Source of the DNA: a bacterium
GTDB taxonomy: Bacteria > Vulcanimicrobiota > Vulcanimicrobiia > Vulcanimicrobiales > SCRA01
Length of the DNA stretch: 55,998 bases
Assembly: GCA_004298665.1 (NCBI GenBank)
Contig: SCQY01000092.1
Coordinates: 1-55,998, forward strand
Reading direction: 5' to 3'
The notes below the pieces were generated by a model. The model did not search any database. It had not been told where the DNA came from and saw nothing but the letters and a program-made list of their open reading frames with translations. Positions within the stretch are counted from its first letter, which is position 1. The number at the start of each line of letters is the position of its first letter. Positions 1 to 8,965 of this stretch are shown in pieces. Both the position numbers and the translations under genes were made by a program.

Positions 1-2
1 GC

Positions 3-428
3 TCAGAACGGGATCTCGTCGTCTTCGAAGCCGCCCGAGGTCTGGCCAGCTTCGGAGCCGTTGGAGTCCTGGGACGCGTCGTCGCGGTGCCCCTGGTCCG
101 AGGAGCCGTTCGCCTTCCTGTCGAGCATCTGCATGTTTTCGATGACGACCTCGACGGCCTTACGCTTGACGCCGTCGCGGTCCTCGTACGGGCGGATCTG
201 CAAGCGCCCCTCGACAAGCACGGCCGAGCCCTTCTTGAGGTGCTCTTTGCAGACCTCACCGAGCCGGTCCCACGCGATCACGTCGATGAACATCGGCGCC
301 TGCTCTCTGTTGCGCGGGTTGTTGACGGCGATGCAGAACTTCGCGACCGACTTGTTGCTCTGGGTGTAGCGCAGCTCCGGGTCGCGGGTCAAGTTGCCGA
401 CGAGGATGATGCGGTTGAACGATGGCAT
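3..428 (-). CDS. ssb: Single-stranded DNA-binding protein
   Basis: NRIILVGNLTRDPELRYT N-terminus, VEGRLQ motif, acidic C-terminal tail ending DDEIPF; single OB fold; GGAGAG RBS. Confidence 0.97.
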   Translation of the reverse strand: MPSFNRIILVGNLTRDPELRYTQSNKSVAKFCIAVNNPRNREQAPMFIDVIAWDRLGEVCKEHLKKGSAVLVEGRLQIRPYEDRDGVKRKAVEVVIENMQMLDRKANGSSDQGHRDDASQDSNGSEAGQTSGGFEDDEIPF

Positions 429-664
429 GGTGTCTCTCTCCTATTGCGTTGCGGTGGTGTTGTCGTCGCATCGGACAACGTGGGAAGCCGGTGCTCTCAG
501 CAAGGATGCTGGCTTGTCGAGGTCTATGGGGATCGCGACTGGACCGGCAGAGAGGGGGAACCCGCTTTGGAGCCGTTCCGCGCTGAAGCAGCAGATGCGC
601 TGCGGAGGCGGCGTCAAGAGGTCGAGTCTCACGGGATGTGGGGTGCCGGGCCGGTCGCCGCTGA

Positions 665-1360
665 TTACCGCTGCCGTGGAACGTCCGGCATAGCAGCGAT
701 GGGCTGGCCGACGAGGGTTACGTTGGCCGGCGCGTCACCCTCGGCTTGGGCACGAGCGAGTGCTTCGGGGATCTCGCGAGCGAAGAGCTGCTCGACGTAC
801 TCGTAGAGCCCAGGCTGCACGTCTTTCAATCGCGCGCGGTTGACCGTTGGCCACGGAGACCGGGCATCATTGAACTCACCCCAAGCGCGTAGCGCCTCGG
901 CGAAGAACTCGTCCGGCGCGGTTGCCGCGTAGGGCGTCACAAACCTGGTGGCGGAGAAGAACATCGCGCGGAGAGCCTGGTCGTCGTTGGAGCGGTAGGC
1001 GCCGGCGCCCAACGCGCAGTCGATAGCGTGGCCGACCTCGTGGCCGAGCGCGAGCGCGCTACGCGTCCGGAGGTACACCGTGCGCTCCTCGACGACGAAG
1101 AGCCCTGCCGGGGGCGACGGCCACGTGTCCAGGTGCGGGGCGAGTTCGCGGAGCTTCGGGGAGCGCTCGGTGTAGCGCTGGCCACGGAGCAGGAACACGA
1201 TGCGTGAGCCGCGTTGCTGGAGCAACTGGGCCGCCGGCAATCCATAGCTGGTGAGGATCCGGCTCGCGAGCGCGCGCGTGCTGGCGTTCGGAGCAACGAC
1301 GATAGCGCTCACGATAGCGTCGAGAGTGGCTTGTGGGGCTCGCGGGTCGGAATAGGGCAT
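665..1360 (-). CDS. Zinc metallopeptidase, anthrax lethal factor/MtfA-like (gluzincin)
   Basis: HEVGH zinc motif followed by YAATAPDEFFAE third-ligand motif. Confidence 0.8.
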   Translation of the reverse strand: MPYSDPRAPQATLDAIVSAIVVAPNASTRALASRILTSYGLPAAQLLQQRGSRIVFLLRGQRYTERSPKLRELAPHLDTWPSPPAGLFVVEERTVYLRTRSALALGHEVGHAIDCALGAGAYRSNDDQALRAMFFSATRFVTPYAATAPDEFFAEALRAWGEFNDARSPWPTVNRARLKDVQPGLYEYVEQLFAREIPEALARAQAEGDAPANVTLVGQPIAAMPDVPRQR

Positions 1361-1488
1361 GGGTGATCTCCGTCGGGAGCGCGTGCGATATGAGGCTGAC
1401 GCAGGAAAGAATCACCTGCGGTCACCTGATGCGCGGCGCGAGCATGAAAAGAGCCCCGCACGGGACTCAATGGGCGGAAAGGTCGCGC

Positions 1489-1725
1489 CTACTTCCGCAG
1501 GAGGCGGGCGGAGCACGAGTCGGTGCCGGCGTACCACTTACCGTCCTTGGGTGCCTTGTGCGAGTTGACCACTTGGCGGGGATGGTCGAAGAGGACGTCG
1601 GCGCCGAGTCTGATGAGCTGTGCGTTGCGGTGGCGCATCGCGCGCGCGGACAGGCGCTTGAAGTCGCCGTCGGAACGTGCGCTGGTGTTGGGAACGATGG
1701 GCGTGTGCCGGTACGAGCGTGCCAT
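1489..1725 (-). CDS. Small basic hypothetical protein of a type common in phages/plasmids (MxRSYR..PI)
   Basis: GGAGG RBS; MARSYRHTPI...KRLSARAMR pattern. Confidence 0.65.
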   Translation of the reverse strand: MARSYRHTPIVPNTSARSDGDFKRLSARAMRHRNAQLIRLGADVLFDHPRQVVNSHKAPKDGKWYAGTDSCSARLLRK

Positions 1726-1817
1726 CTCGTGACCTCCAGGGAGTGCGATGATTCAAGGTGGTGGTGGTCCTGCTGTCACGAGGGCCCGTGCGCCAAGCTC
1801 GACGCGGGAGGTGATTC

Positions 1818-1997
1818 CTAGCGAGCCAGGGGCGAATGACGCGGCGTCCGCTGCGAGCGCCTCGTGTGGCGTACGCAAGCGCGTTGGCTCTTGCAAGCCG
1901 CGACGCCGGCGATGGCGCAGAAGAACGTCATGCCAGCGGCAAAGGCCTGGCCCTGCCAGTAGGCGATCAGGTGGCTGGTAGCCAGATCTGGGCTCAC
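1818..1997 (-). CDS. Small hypothetical protein
   Basis: GTG start preceded by AAAAGGAG; one hydrophobic stretch. Confidence 0.35.
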   Translation of the reverse strand: MSPDLATSHLIAYWQGQAFAAGMTFFCAIAGVAACKSQRACVRHTRRSQRTPRHSPLAR

Positions 1998-2128
1998 CGG
2001 TTGCTCCTTTTGGGCAGGGGGAAACGCCGAGCATGAACGCATGCTCACCCCAGCGGTGATGATGGTGCGGCTTGTGGCGGTCGGCGCGGACCAGGCGTTC
2101 TCTGGGCGCCCTGCCCGCCGACTGACTA

Positions 2129-2560
2129 CTAGGTGGTCGTCGACAGCGCGCGGAGGACCAGAGCCTTGCAGTGGCCGTTAGGGATCCTTGGCGCTTCGTA
2201 GAGATCGGCGCAGTCCAGCCCGTAGTGCTCGCGGATCGCGGCCGCTACACCTGTTGAGCGCGATAGCCCGGCGTGGCAGTGGACGACGATGGTAGCGACC
2301 GTCCCCCAAGCTCTCGCTACGTAGGTCGCGATTCTCTGGGCGTGCGACTCCTGCATGGCCATCAAGCCGATGTCCAGAGGATGGGGATTGTATTGATCCA
2401 CGTCGTCGAAGCGGACGCCGATACGCCCCATGAAGGCCGGCCGCGGGTGAATGTATGGGAAGCGCGAGCCGACGTCGGCAATGGAAATCACGACGTAGGG
2501 CTCCGTTGACGAGAACTTTGTGGCCTGACTCTTGGATAGCGCGATCACGATCGTGTTCAT
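2129..2560 (-). CDS. Protein-tyrosine/dual-specificity phosphatase-like protein
   Basis: VVHCHAGLSRS = HCX5R P-loop; FDD general-acid region. Confidence 0.85.
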   Translation of the reverse strand: MNTIVIALSKSQATKFSSTEPYVVISIADVGSRFPYIHPRPAFMGRIGVRFDDVDQYNPHPLDIGLMAMQESHAQRIATYVARAWGTVATIVVHCHAGLSRSTGVAAAIREHYGLDCADLYEAPRIPNGHCKALVLRALSTTT

Positions 2561-2631
2561 AGCGTCCCTATAGTCGCGGCGCGCCGCCGCGGCCAGGCGA
2601 GTTGCGTTGGCCGGGAGGCGTTGGGATGTTG

Positions 2632-3330
2632 CTATAGCTCGAGCCCCAGCTCACGCGCTGTAGCCTGGAGCGTGACGTCGTCGCGAGTGATCCTCTTGAT
2701 TAAGATCGTGGCGCTACGCGCGCGGAGCCGGTCTGCGAAGATCGCGTAGGATGTACGCGGCCCGTGCGTGGAGAGCACCTGGATGCCCTCCCAGCGGCGG
2801 CCGAGGACGACTTCGCGCATCAGGATGGCAGTGGCGGTCTGCGGAATCTCGACGCCGGCACCGAGGAGGTCGCCGATGGTGAGATGCGGTCGGGAGGCGG
2901 TCGCGAGCAGGCGCGCGATGCGCGGGTGCGAGCCAAGGGTTTCGAGCACGCGTGTTTGGAGGATCGCGAGCAGAGCCAGAGGTGTCGTCACCGTCGCGTG
3001 GACCAAGACGCATTCGTAGATGTCCGGGCGCACGCGCCGCGGACGCCGGGCGATCTCGAGTTCTCGCGCCTCGAGGTCTGTGAGGTGCTCATCGTCGATC
3101 ACCGGTTCCTTGGAGTATGGCTCGCCGGCCGCCGGGTAGCTCGTGGAGCGGAGTTTCTCGAGCATGCACGTTGCCGGATCCGGCGCACCGTAGACGACGC
3201 CAAACTCGCGGTCGGCGTCATCGAAGCGGCCGCCGCTCGGTCCGCCTTGGAACTGGACGGGGACGTAGAGAGGGTCGGCCTCGCGGCCGACCCTCCAGAA
3301 CTCGCTGATGTGGGACCCAATGGCGTCCAT
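2632..3330 (-). CDS. RES-domain toxin (NAD+-degrading family)
   Basis: FWRV, GGRFD, YGA...CMLE and VLST motifs give the R-E-S triad; ATG overlaps the stop of the upstream antitoxin. Confidence 0.75.
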   Translation of the reverse strand: MDAIGSHISEFWRVGREADPLYVPVQFQGGPSGGRFDDADREFGVVYGAPDPATCMLEKLRSTSYPAAGEPYSKEPVIDDEHLTDLEARELEIARRPRRVRPDIYECVLVHATVTTPLALLAILQTRVLETLGSHPRIARLLATASRPHLTIGDLLGAGVEIPQTATAILMREVVLGRRWEGIQVLSTHGPRTSYAIFADRLRARSATILIKRITRDDVTLQATARELGLEL

Positions 3331-3791
3331 CACTGGATAATGTCCGCTTTCATCGCGGCGATGACGTCGCGCAGCCGGCTGTCGGCGAGGGCATCGAGCG
3401 GCATGCCGTAGTCGAACCGCGCACTCGCTCCCGTGAGCCATTGCTCGGCGGCCGTATCGCTGCCGAAGTAGCGACGCATCGTTTCGTACACGCAGTAGCC
3501 CTCGCGAATCCGCTGGAGCGTCTGCGCGTGCGGTGCCGCCCGGCCGGTGATCCACCGCGATACCGTGCTCGGATCGCTCGTATGCGTGAGGCGCGCGACG
3601 CCTCTGCGTCCCAAGGCGTAGGCCAGCTTCCGAACGATCTCCGCTGGATCAACGATCTGCGTGATCTCCAAGCGGACGTCCTCGAAGACCCGATCAACGC
3701 TGAAGTGGTCCTGGACAGCACTAGCCGGCATATAAGCCTCCCGAAAAGCCTCTATTAACGTCACTATAGCCGCCGCTGCCTCCCCTGTCAA
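3330..3791 (-). CDS. Xre/MbcA/ParS-type antitoxin (HTH + toxin-binding domain)
   Basis: HTH STVSRWITG; AEQWL...F....PLDAL C-terminal motif; upstream of a RES gene; start may be ATG 3731. Confidence 0.75.
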   Translation of the reverse strand: MTGEAAAAIVTLIEAFREAYMPASAVQDHFSVDRVFEDVRLEITQIVDPAEIVRKLAYALGRRGVARLTHTSDPSTVSRWITGRAAPHAQTLQRIREGYCVYETMRRYFGSDTAAEQWLTGASARFDYGMPLDALADSRLRDVIAAMKADIIQ

Positions 3792-4093
3792 CCCATGGCG
3801 GTCGATACGCCCTCGTTCGCCGGCTTGGCGGTTCGCGAGCCCTTAGCTTGGGCTCCGGCTTCGGCGAGGGCGCGGTCCGCGGCGATGCTATCCAGGAAGA
3901 GATGAGCGGCTGGGAGCAAGTGGAGGACGTCGTCGATTTCGACGATCGCGCGGGCTCCGGTAGGGTCGGCGCGCCGGAGAATGGCGCCCCCGACTATCGT
4001 AGACCGCGGCTGGACGTTAGCACCAGTAGGCCAGAATATCTGGGCATACAGACTCTCGCCGGGTGCCAGAAACGTGAGCGCAGCCGAGGTCAT
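3788..4093 (-). CDS. Hypothetical protein
   Basis: GAAGGAGG RBS before ATG 4093; stop overlaps the next gene. Confidence 0.55.
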   Translation of the reverse strand: MTSAALTFLAPGESLYAQIFWPTGANVQPRSTIVGGAILRRADPTGARAIVEIDDVLHLLPAAHLFLDSIAADRALAEAGAQAKGSRTAKPANEGVSTAMG

Positions 4094-4287
4094 GGTTGGT
4101 AGGCCCTCCTTCGTTCGTTGGACCGCGGCGCGAGTGCGGTAGCGCAGTTCACAGATCATCGCGGTCCGCTCAAAAGGTGCTGCTTCCTGCGGGCTGACCT
4201 TGGCCCGCCGCCGGCGTCCGCAACGCGAGGGAGTCTGAGGCGAATAGCTCGGACCCTGCAGCGGTCCCCGCCGAGCAGCGTCGCTAG

Positions 4288-4713
4288 CTACGTCGTGGGC
4301 GGGGCAGTGTGAGCTGCGTATGCCCGCCGCACGCCGAGCTGCACGGTGTAGCCGCCGCGCGCCGCCAGCGCGTCACCGCCGGCGAGGAGGCTGGACGACG
4401 GCACGGTTCGATATGAGCCGTCCGGACCGCGCCGGGCGATTTCGATTTGCCCTCCGCGATCGACCGAGTAATCGTAGGCCTGCGATCCCGCGGGACTAGC
4501 GATGTCGGTACGCCGGTAGCCGTCTCCGCGGAGGACGAGCGTCAAGGCACGCCGCCCGCTGACGGCGATGACCGTATACGGGAACCGATGGTCCCCGACG
4601 CACACGGTCGCTGCAGTCCCCGGAACCGGTTCCGCCCCCGTCAACTCCGGGAGCGGGAACCCGTCGAGGTACACATACGGCTCGGCCTGGCCGGCGGCAT
4701 CGGAAGAACTCAC
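4288..4713 (-). CDS. Hypothetical protein (phage/plasmid-like)
   Basis: GAAAGGA RBS before GTG 4713; ATVCVGDHRFPYTVIAV beta-rich segment. Confidence 0.55.
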   Translation of the reverse strand: MSSSDAAGQAEPYVYLDGFPLPELTGAEPVPGTAATVCVGDHRFPYTVIAVSGRRALTLVLRGDGYRRTDIASPAGSQAYDYSVDRGGQIEIARRGPDGSYRTVPSSSLLAGGDALAARGGYTVQLGVRRAYAAHTAPPTT

Positions 4714-4766
4714 CGGATGTTCCTTTCGAGAGGGGCAGGCGTCGGGAGAGGGGCTCGTCTGCCGAG

Positions 4767-5099
4767 CTAGGCGCACGTGGCCCGACCGACCTGTGCACGC
4801 GTCCGTGGGACACGATTGGAGCGTACGAAGAGCGCGACCTGCGCACCGTCGTTGGCTGGGAGGATGGTGCGGGATAGCGGACGGACCTCGCGGTAGGCGT
4901 CGACCGCGGCGGTTAGGTCGCGTGCGGTGAGCGTCACTCCACCTGGTGTGATGACGGCGAGGCAGCGGACGTATCGGCGAACGGTCGCCCTAATCTGAGA
5001 CTCCGTGCGCTGCGGCAGGCGCTGGCAGCGGTCGTGGCGCGCGAGTGCGGCCGCGAAGCGCGCAACTGCCTGCTCCAATGAGGGCTGGTCCTTCATCAC
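4767..5099 (-). CDS. Hypothetical protein
   Basis: ORF translationally coupled (GTGA) to the upstream ORF. Confidence 0.4.
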   Translation of the reverse strand: MMKDQPSLEQAVARFAAALARHDRCQRLPQRTESQIRATVRRYVRCLAVITPGGVTLTARDLTAAVDAYREVRPLSRTILPANDGAQVALFVRSNRVPRTRAQVGRATCA

Positions 5100-5305
5100 A
5101 CCGTCCGCCTTTGCCGCCGACTCTTGAGCCACTGGCGCGCGCTGGTCTCGTCGACGAACGGGGCAGTGCGGAGAAGCTGGACCCGTGTGGATGGAGCGCC
5201 GGCCGCCGCTTGGACGTAGGCATTGCGGTCGTCGAAGGTGATACGCGAGCCACTCGCGATGCTCGCTCCACCGTGGGCCGGGGCGTAAACGTAGAAGCCG
5301 ATCAT
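5096..5305 (-). CDS. Small hypothetical protein
   Basis: GAGG RBS, MIGFYVYAP start, coupled to the next ORF. Confidence 0.45.
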   Translation of the reverse strand: MIGFYVYAPAHGGASIASGSRITFDDRNAYVQAAAGAPSTRVQLLRTAPFVDETSARQWLKSRRQRRTV

Positions 5306-5412
5306 GGAAACCTCGTTGTGTTGGAGATGCGCAGTGGCGTCTAGGGTGGAACGCCTGTAGACGTTACCGGGAGGCGGAGCTCCAGCAACGATGCGCGTAG
5401 GTAGCGGCGAGG

Positions 5413-5607
5413 CTACGCGACACTCCGCGCGCTCGGCCGGCGTGTGAGCATCACGAGTGCAGCGTCGCGAGTCGGAAAGGGGCGCGAGATCGGCTCGAAT
5501 TCGCCGCATTTGGGGCACACGTAGCCGGCGTAGTGTCCCGCGTCGTCGCGTGCAGTCGTGCACAGCCGTGGTATGCGGCAGGTGTGGCATACGCTTGGTC
5601 TGCTCAT
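5413..5607 (-). CDS. Small CxxC...CxxC zinc-ribbon protein
   Basis: CHTC and CPKC motifs; GAAGGA RBS. Confidence 0.5.
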   Translation of the reverse strand: MSRPSVCHTCRIPRLCTTARDDAGHYAGYVCPKCGEFEPISRPFPTRDAALVMLTRRPSARSVA

Positions 5608-5655
5608 GAGACGATCCTTCTTGCTCTTACGGGCACGGTGGTAGGGGGCGCAGCC

Positions 5656-5913
5656 TCACCGCTCTCCGGTGCAGTGGGTCCGCCGCCGGTGCCGTCGTCC
5701 ATGCGCGCAACCCTGGTGCGTTAGCGTACGCATGAGCAGGGAGTAAGTGCGCTGCGCAACCGATGCGAGAACCGCGAGCCGCTGGGTAGCCATCTCGAGG
5801 TCCTCGTCGACGGTGTGCCGTTCGAGCGCAACAGCGCGCGCGTACCGCATCGCGTGTTCGTGATCCACCTTGTGCGGTGTGTAGGAGTACAGCAAGGGTG
5901 GCCCTCCACTCAT
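5656..5913 (-). CDS. Hypothetical protein
   Basis: ORF in the same orientation as its neighbours; no motif. Confidence 0.35.
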   Translation of the reverse strand: MSGGPPLLYSYTPHKVDHEHAMRYARAVALERHTVDEDLEMATQRLAVLASVAQRTYSLLMRTLTHQGCAHGRRHRRRTHCTGER

Positions 5914-6081
5914 ACAGCGCCGATACGCCCGAACGATAAACCGTCGCGTACTCCGATGATTCGAGAGTGGCGATCGTCCGTGCGGGTGATTCAGGCGCAG
6001 AGTCGTGGAGTCGTGGGCTCCTGCAACGCAGAGTCGCGCTTACGATACCGTCTCGATGCGTGCGTGGGGCCCTACCGTGCT

Positions 6082-6615
6082 TTAAGCACGGCGCTTCATT
6101 TCAGTGACGAGCAGCACTGGGTTGGCGCCCGTGGCGTTCTGTGGGAAAATCACCAGGTTCTGCTGATCTGGGTCGACTGCGCTCCAAACGACCAAGCCGT
6201 CGATGCCGATGCTAGAGGCTGTGTCCCCGAGGCGCGCAGCAGGCTGAGGGATTCCAGGGATGCTGATAGCAGTGAGCTGTTTGCGCGTAAAGCCGAGTCG
6301 AGAAATCAGCACTGCATCCGTGAGATCCACGACCCGACCGAGGCTGACCGCAAGGGATCCCATGAGGGCAAGCGATATGGGGTCGGCATCGCTGTAATAC
6401 TGTGTGAACTCCCGCAACGCCGTCTCGCGGCGAAACGAGCTGTAGAGTGCCGGCGTGCCCGGCGAGTTGTAACGACCGCCGCGTTTCTCAGCTCCAGCCG
6501 GTGATGCAAGAGTGCGGCGATAGACGTGGTGCGTGAAGCGGGTGACAATCCCCGAGAACGAAGCGGGCGATGCTGTGGTCAGCACCGCCCGCAACTCGTG
6601 ATCGCTTAATGGCAT
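6082..6615 (-). CDS. RES-domain toxin
   Basis: GGRYNSPG.PALYSS...TALRE, DLTD, GIDGLVVWSA...NLVIF: canonical RES family. Confidence 0.92.
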   Translation of the reverse strand: MPLSDHELRAVLTTASPASFSGIVTRFTHHVYRRTLASPAGAEKRGGRYNSPGTPALYSSFRRETALREFTQYYSDADPISLALMGSLAVSLGRVVDLTDAVLISRLGFTRKQLTAISIPGIPQPAARLGDTASSIGIDGLVVWSAVDPDQQNLVIFPQNATGANPVLLVTEMKRRA

Positions 6616-6974
6616 CAGGGATAGCTTTCTCCGGTCAACTCGTCGACGAGTGCGCTGAAGGACGCGACTCCGTGTTCATGGAGTAGCCAGAGGGGGGTTT
6701 TCCCCTGCAAGCGTTTGATCGGATGGCGCATCCAGTTGCGGATCGCCTGATCGTTAGGGAAAACGACCCGGAGGTTGTCCCAGGCCTGGACGAGTGGCGC
6801 TAGCGCCTCCTGATAGCTCTCGCTTTGCGGCCGGCGCCGCAAACTCGCGGGCTTGGCTTTGATGATCTCGGCGAGTTCCGTTGGCGTGATGTTCAGCAAG
6901 GATGATACTTGCTTCGCGTCAATGCGGTTTGTCGCCGGATCATGGACGAGCTCGAGGGTGGCTGCTTGGCTCAT
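6615..6974 (-). CDS. Xre/MbcA-type antitoxin
   Basis: N-terminal HTH (ELAEII), IRNWMRHPIKRLQGKTPL C-terminal motif; TGATG overlap with the RES toxin. Confidence 0.9.
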   Translation of the reverse strand: MSQAATLELVHDPATNRIDAKQVSSLLNITPTELAEIIKAKPASLRRRPQSESYQEALAPLVQAWDNLRVVFPNDQAIRNWMRHPIKRLQGKTPLWLLHEHGVASFSALVDELTGESYP

Positions 6975-6995
6975 GGCGTGCTGCTCCTTGGCCCC

Positions 6996-7028
6996 ATTTT
7001 ATCGCAATGTCGCGTAATTGTCACGTAA
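6996..7028 (-). promoter_or_regulatory. Sigma70-like promoter of the TA operon with an overlapping direct-repeat operator
   Basis: Minus strand GTGACA (7024-7019), 17 bp, TAAAAT (7001-6996); TTACGTGACA/TTACGCGACA repeats at an 11-bp period. Confidence 0.65.
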
Positions 7029-7287
7029 CGGACCCACTGCGGTCGCGTTTATGTCCACTCTAGGGCTCCTGTCGGGCGTGGGAGGGTGCTCCGGCGGGCG
7101 AGCTAGCTGGTTACCTAGCGTGTGGATGGCGAGAGCTCAAGCGCGGCCCAAGAATGAGCTTAGAGATCCTTCGCCTTCCGAGAGGCAAGTGGCGGCGGCG
7201 TCGCTTCCAGTGAGCGGGGTTCCCCCGATTGCAGTACCACGTAGGATGTTGCGCCGACGCCTCGCGGCCAACGTAACGGGAAGCGGA

Positions 7288-7629
7288 TCAAAATCCAGGG
7301 ATTGCACCCTTCTGTGCTTCGGGGCTTTTTGAGCTCGGCATCGGCACGAGGGTGGGAGCGACGCGCGTGATTTCCTCTGCTGTCGCTAAGCGATAGTGCA
7401 GCTCCCGAGGGACGGAATAGTCCGGGTCGAGGGAAACACCGAAAATGTGCCCCCCCGGGTTGATGCCGTGCTCGCGTGCGATGACGATTGCGCCCCCGAG
7501 CCCGCGTGCGCGGACGATGGTGCCGCCATTGAAGCACCCGCCTGCATCTTGAAAGCTAAGATAATACCAGCCGAGGGGACGGTCCCGCTCGGTGCGGAGA
7601 AGATCGTCGAGAGTAGGTTCGATCATCAA
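7288..7629 (-). CDS. Hypothetical protein
   Basis: WYYLSF...F.GG.IV...GINPGG motif resembling small phage proteins; AAGGA RBS. Confidence 0.6.
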   Translation of the reverse strand: MMIEPTLDDLLRTERDRPLGWYYLSFQDAGGCFNGGTIVRARGLGGAIVIAREHGINPGGHIFGVSLDPDYSVPRELHYRLATAEEITRVAPTLVPMPSSKSPEAQKGAIPGF

Positions 7630-7760
7630 AGTGGATTCCTTATATCAGTGGGATACCATGCTGCCATAAGTCGCTATCGTCCGCTGCCGGCTCTCTCGTC
7701 GAGTGCGGGCACCCTAGGTCGGTGAGCACGGTCTTCCAGTTGGTCGAGCAGAGTGTCCCT

Positions 7761-8045
7761 TCAGTCTTGATCGTCGCCTACTCGCGGTCCCGTAAGTCCT
7801 CTCTCGCAGAGCCCCGTGGCATTCTCTGCTTCGAGTTCCCGCGCTAGTGCGAGGTTGAACCCTTCCGGCTCCTCACCGTGCTGAAGATAGGGGTATTTAC
7901 GACGAAGGCGCATGCTTTCAAGGTGGCGAGTCGTGGTCGCTTCGAACTTCCGAGTAAGCTCGAGATTGAAGCTTTTCGGATCGTCACCCTGCTGAAGATA
8001 AGGGCACTTGTGGCGAAGGCGCGCGAGTTCCGAGTCGCGATTCAT
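7761..8045 (-). CDS. Hypothetical protein with a 37-aa tandem duplication
   Basis: RLRHKCPYLQQGDDPKSFNLELTRKFEA / RLRRKYPYLQHGEEPEGFNLALARELEA; GAGG RBS. Confidence 0.6.
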   Translation of the reverse strand: MNRDSELARLRHKCPYLQQGDDPKSFNLELTRKFEATTTRHLESMRLRRKYPYLQHGEEPEGFNLALARELEAENATGLCERGLTGPRVGDDQD

Positions 8046-8275
8046 AGTTACCTCGATGAGATGCGATGACTGCTCAAGGAGTATGCGATCCTGCCGAGGG
8101 GCAGCATTTGACTAATCTGTGAGCGTGCACTGCGATCTGGAAGGTACGCACCGTCGAGCATGGAGCTCGCCGTGTGGACGTGCAGCCTCGCAAGGTGCGC
8201 CAACCCATCTGCGCAAGCGCTAGACCCCGCTCGTTGGTGCCAGAGGCCGTGCGAGGAAAGGTATTCGCGCGGGAC

Positions 8276-8881
8276 CTACCCGCGACCGCGGGGATCGCGG
8301 AGGAGGCGGAGGGCCTCGTCAGTGGAGATCGGCTTCCCGTTAAGCGATGCCAAGCGCTCGCCGCGGCCCGGGCGCCCGTCGCCATGTGCGTGCGCGTTGG
8401 AGCCGGGCTCACTCTTTGCTCGCGGTTTTCGCGCTGGGCCCGCGTCGACGCCGGCGAAGCACCGCTGGATGACGATCAGGATGCGGTCGGGCCCGTCGAG
8501 ATCGACTTGAGTGTCGAGCGTGATTGGGTGGCCCCATCGGTCATCCAACCAGACGCCGCCCCGGGTCAATGCATTTGCTTCGCACGTTCCGAGGTTCAGC
8601 GCGTCGCGGATCCGCGCGTCGGCGCAGTAGCGCGTGATCCACGCCCGGCACGGGGCATCGATGGGAATCCATCCCTGCTCGACCGCTTCGGCCGCCGCCG
8701 CTTCAACGGTCGCGAAGAGATCCTGGTATGCGGCCGTCTTGGTGCCGGCTCTCACGAGACCGGTACCGGTGTGATTGACGCTCGGATAAGACGCATGCTG
8801 AAGGGGAATGGCGAGTTGCAAGAGGTCGCGCGTCCAGCGTAGCTCGTACGGCCCGACGCACGCGCGGGGATAGCGTCCCAT
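8276..8881 (-). CDS. RusA-like Holliday junction resolvase
   Basis: PSVNH, RIRDALNL...ANAL...VWLDDRW pattern typical of RusA. Confidence 0.65.
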   Translation of the reverse strand: MGRYPRACVGPYELRWTRDLLQLAIPLQHASYPSVNHTGTGLVRAGTKTAAYQDLFATVEAAAAEAVEQGWIPIDAPCRAWITRYCADARIRDALNLGTCEANALTRGGVWLDDRWGHPITLDTQVDLDGPDRILIVIQRCFAGVDAGPARKPRAKSEPGSNAHAHGDGRPGRGERLASLNGKPISTDEALRLLRDPRGRG

Positions 8882-8965
8882 GATGATGTGCTCCGATGGT
8901 TCCTGGCGGGCGGTGCGGACACCGCGCGCAGTGCAGAGATGTCTAGCCGAGGTGGAGGCAGCGGC

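Noticed and set aside
6076-6092. CCGTGC-tttaa-GCACGG hairpin as a terminator of the RES operon
   Set aside because: It overlaps the stop codon and lacks a U-tract; too weak to call
6996-7028. Deinococcus RDRM (DdrO box), looked for because of ddrB
   Set aside because: No 17-bp palindrome matching RDRM here or upstream of ddrB
7190-7230. AGCGGGGTTCCC resembling the 3' end of a c-di-GMP-I riboswitch
   Set aside because: The upstream GCAAAC/GAAA/GACGCAAAGC elements are absent
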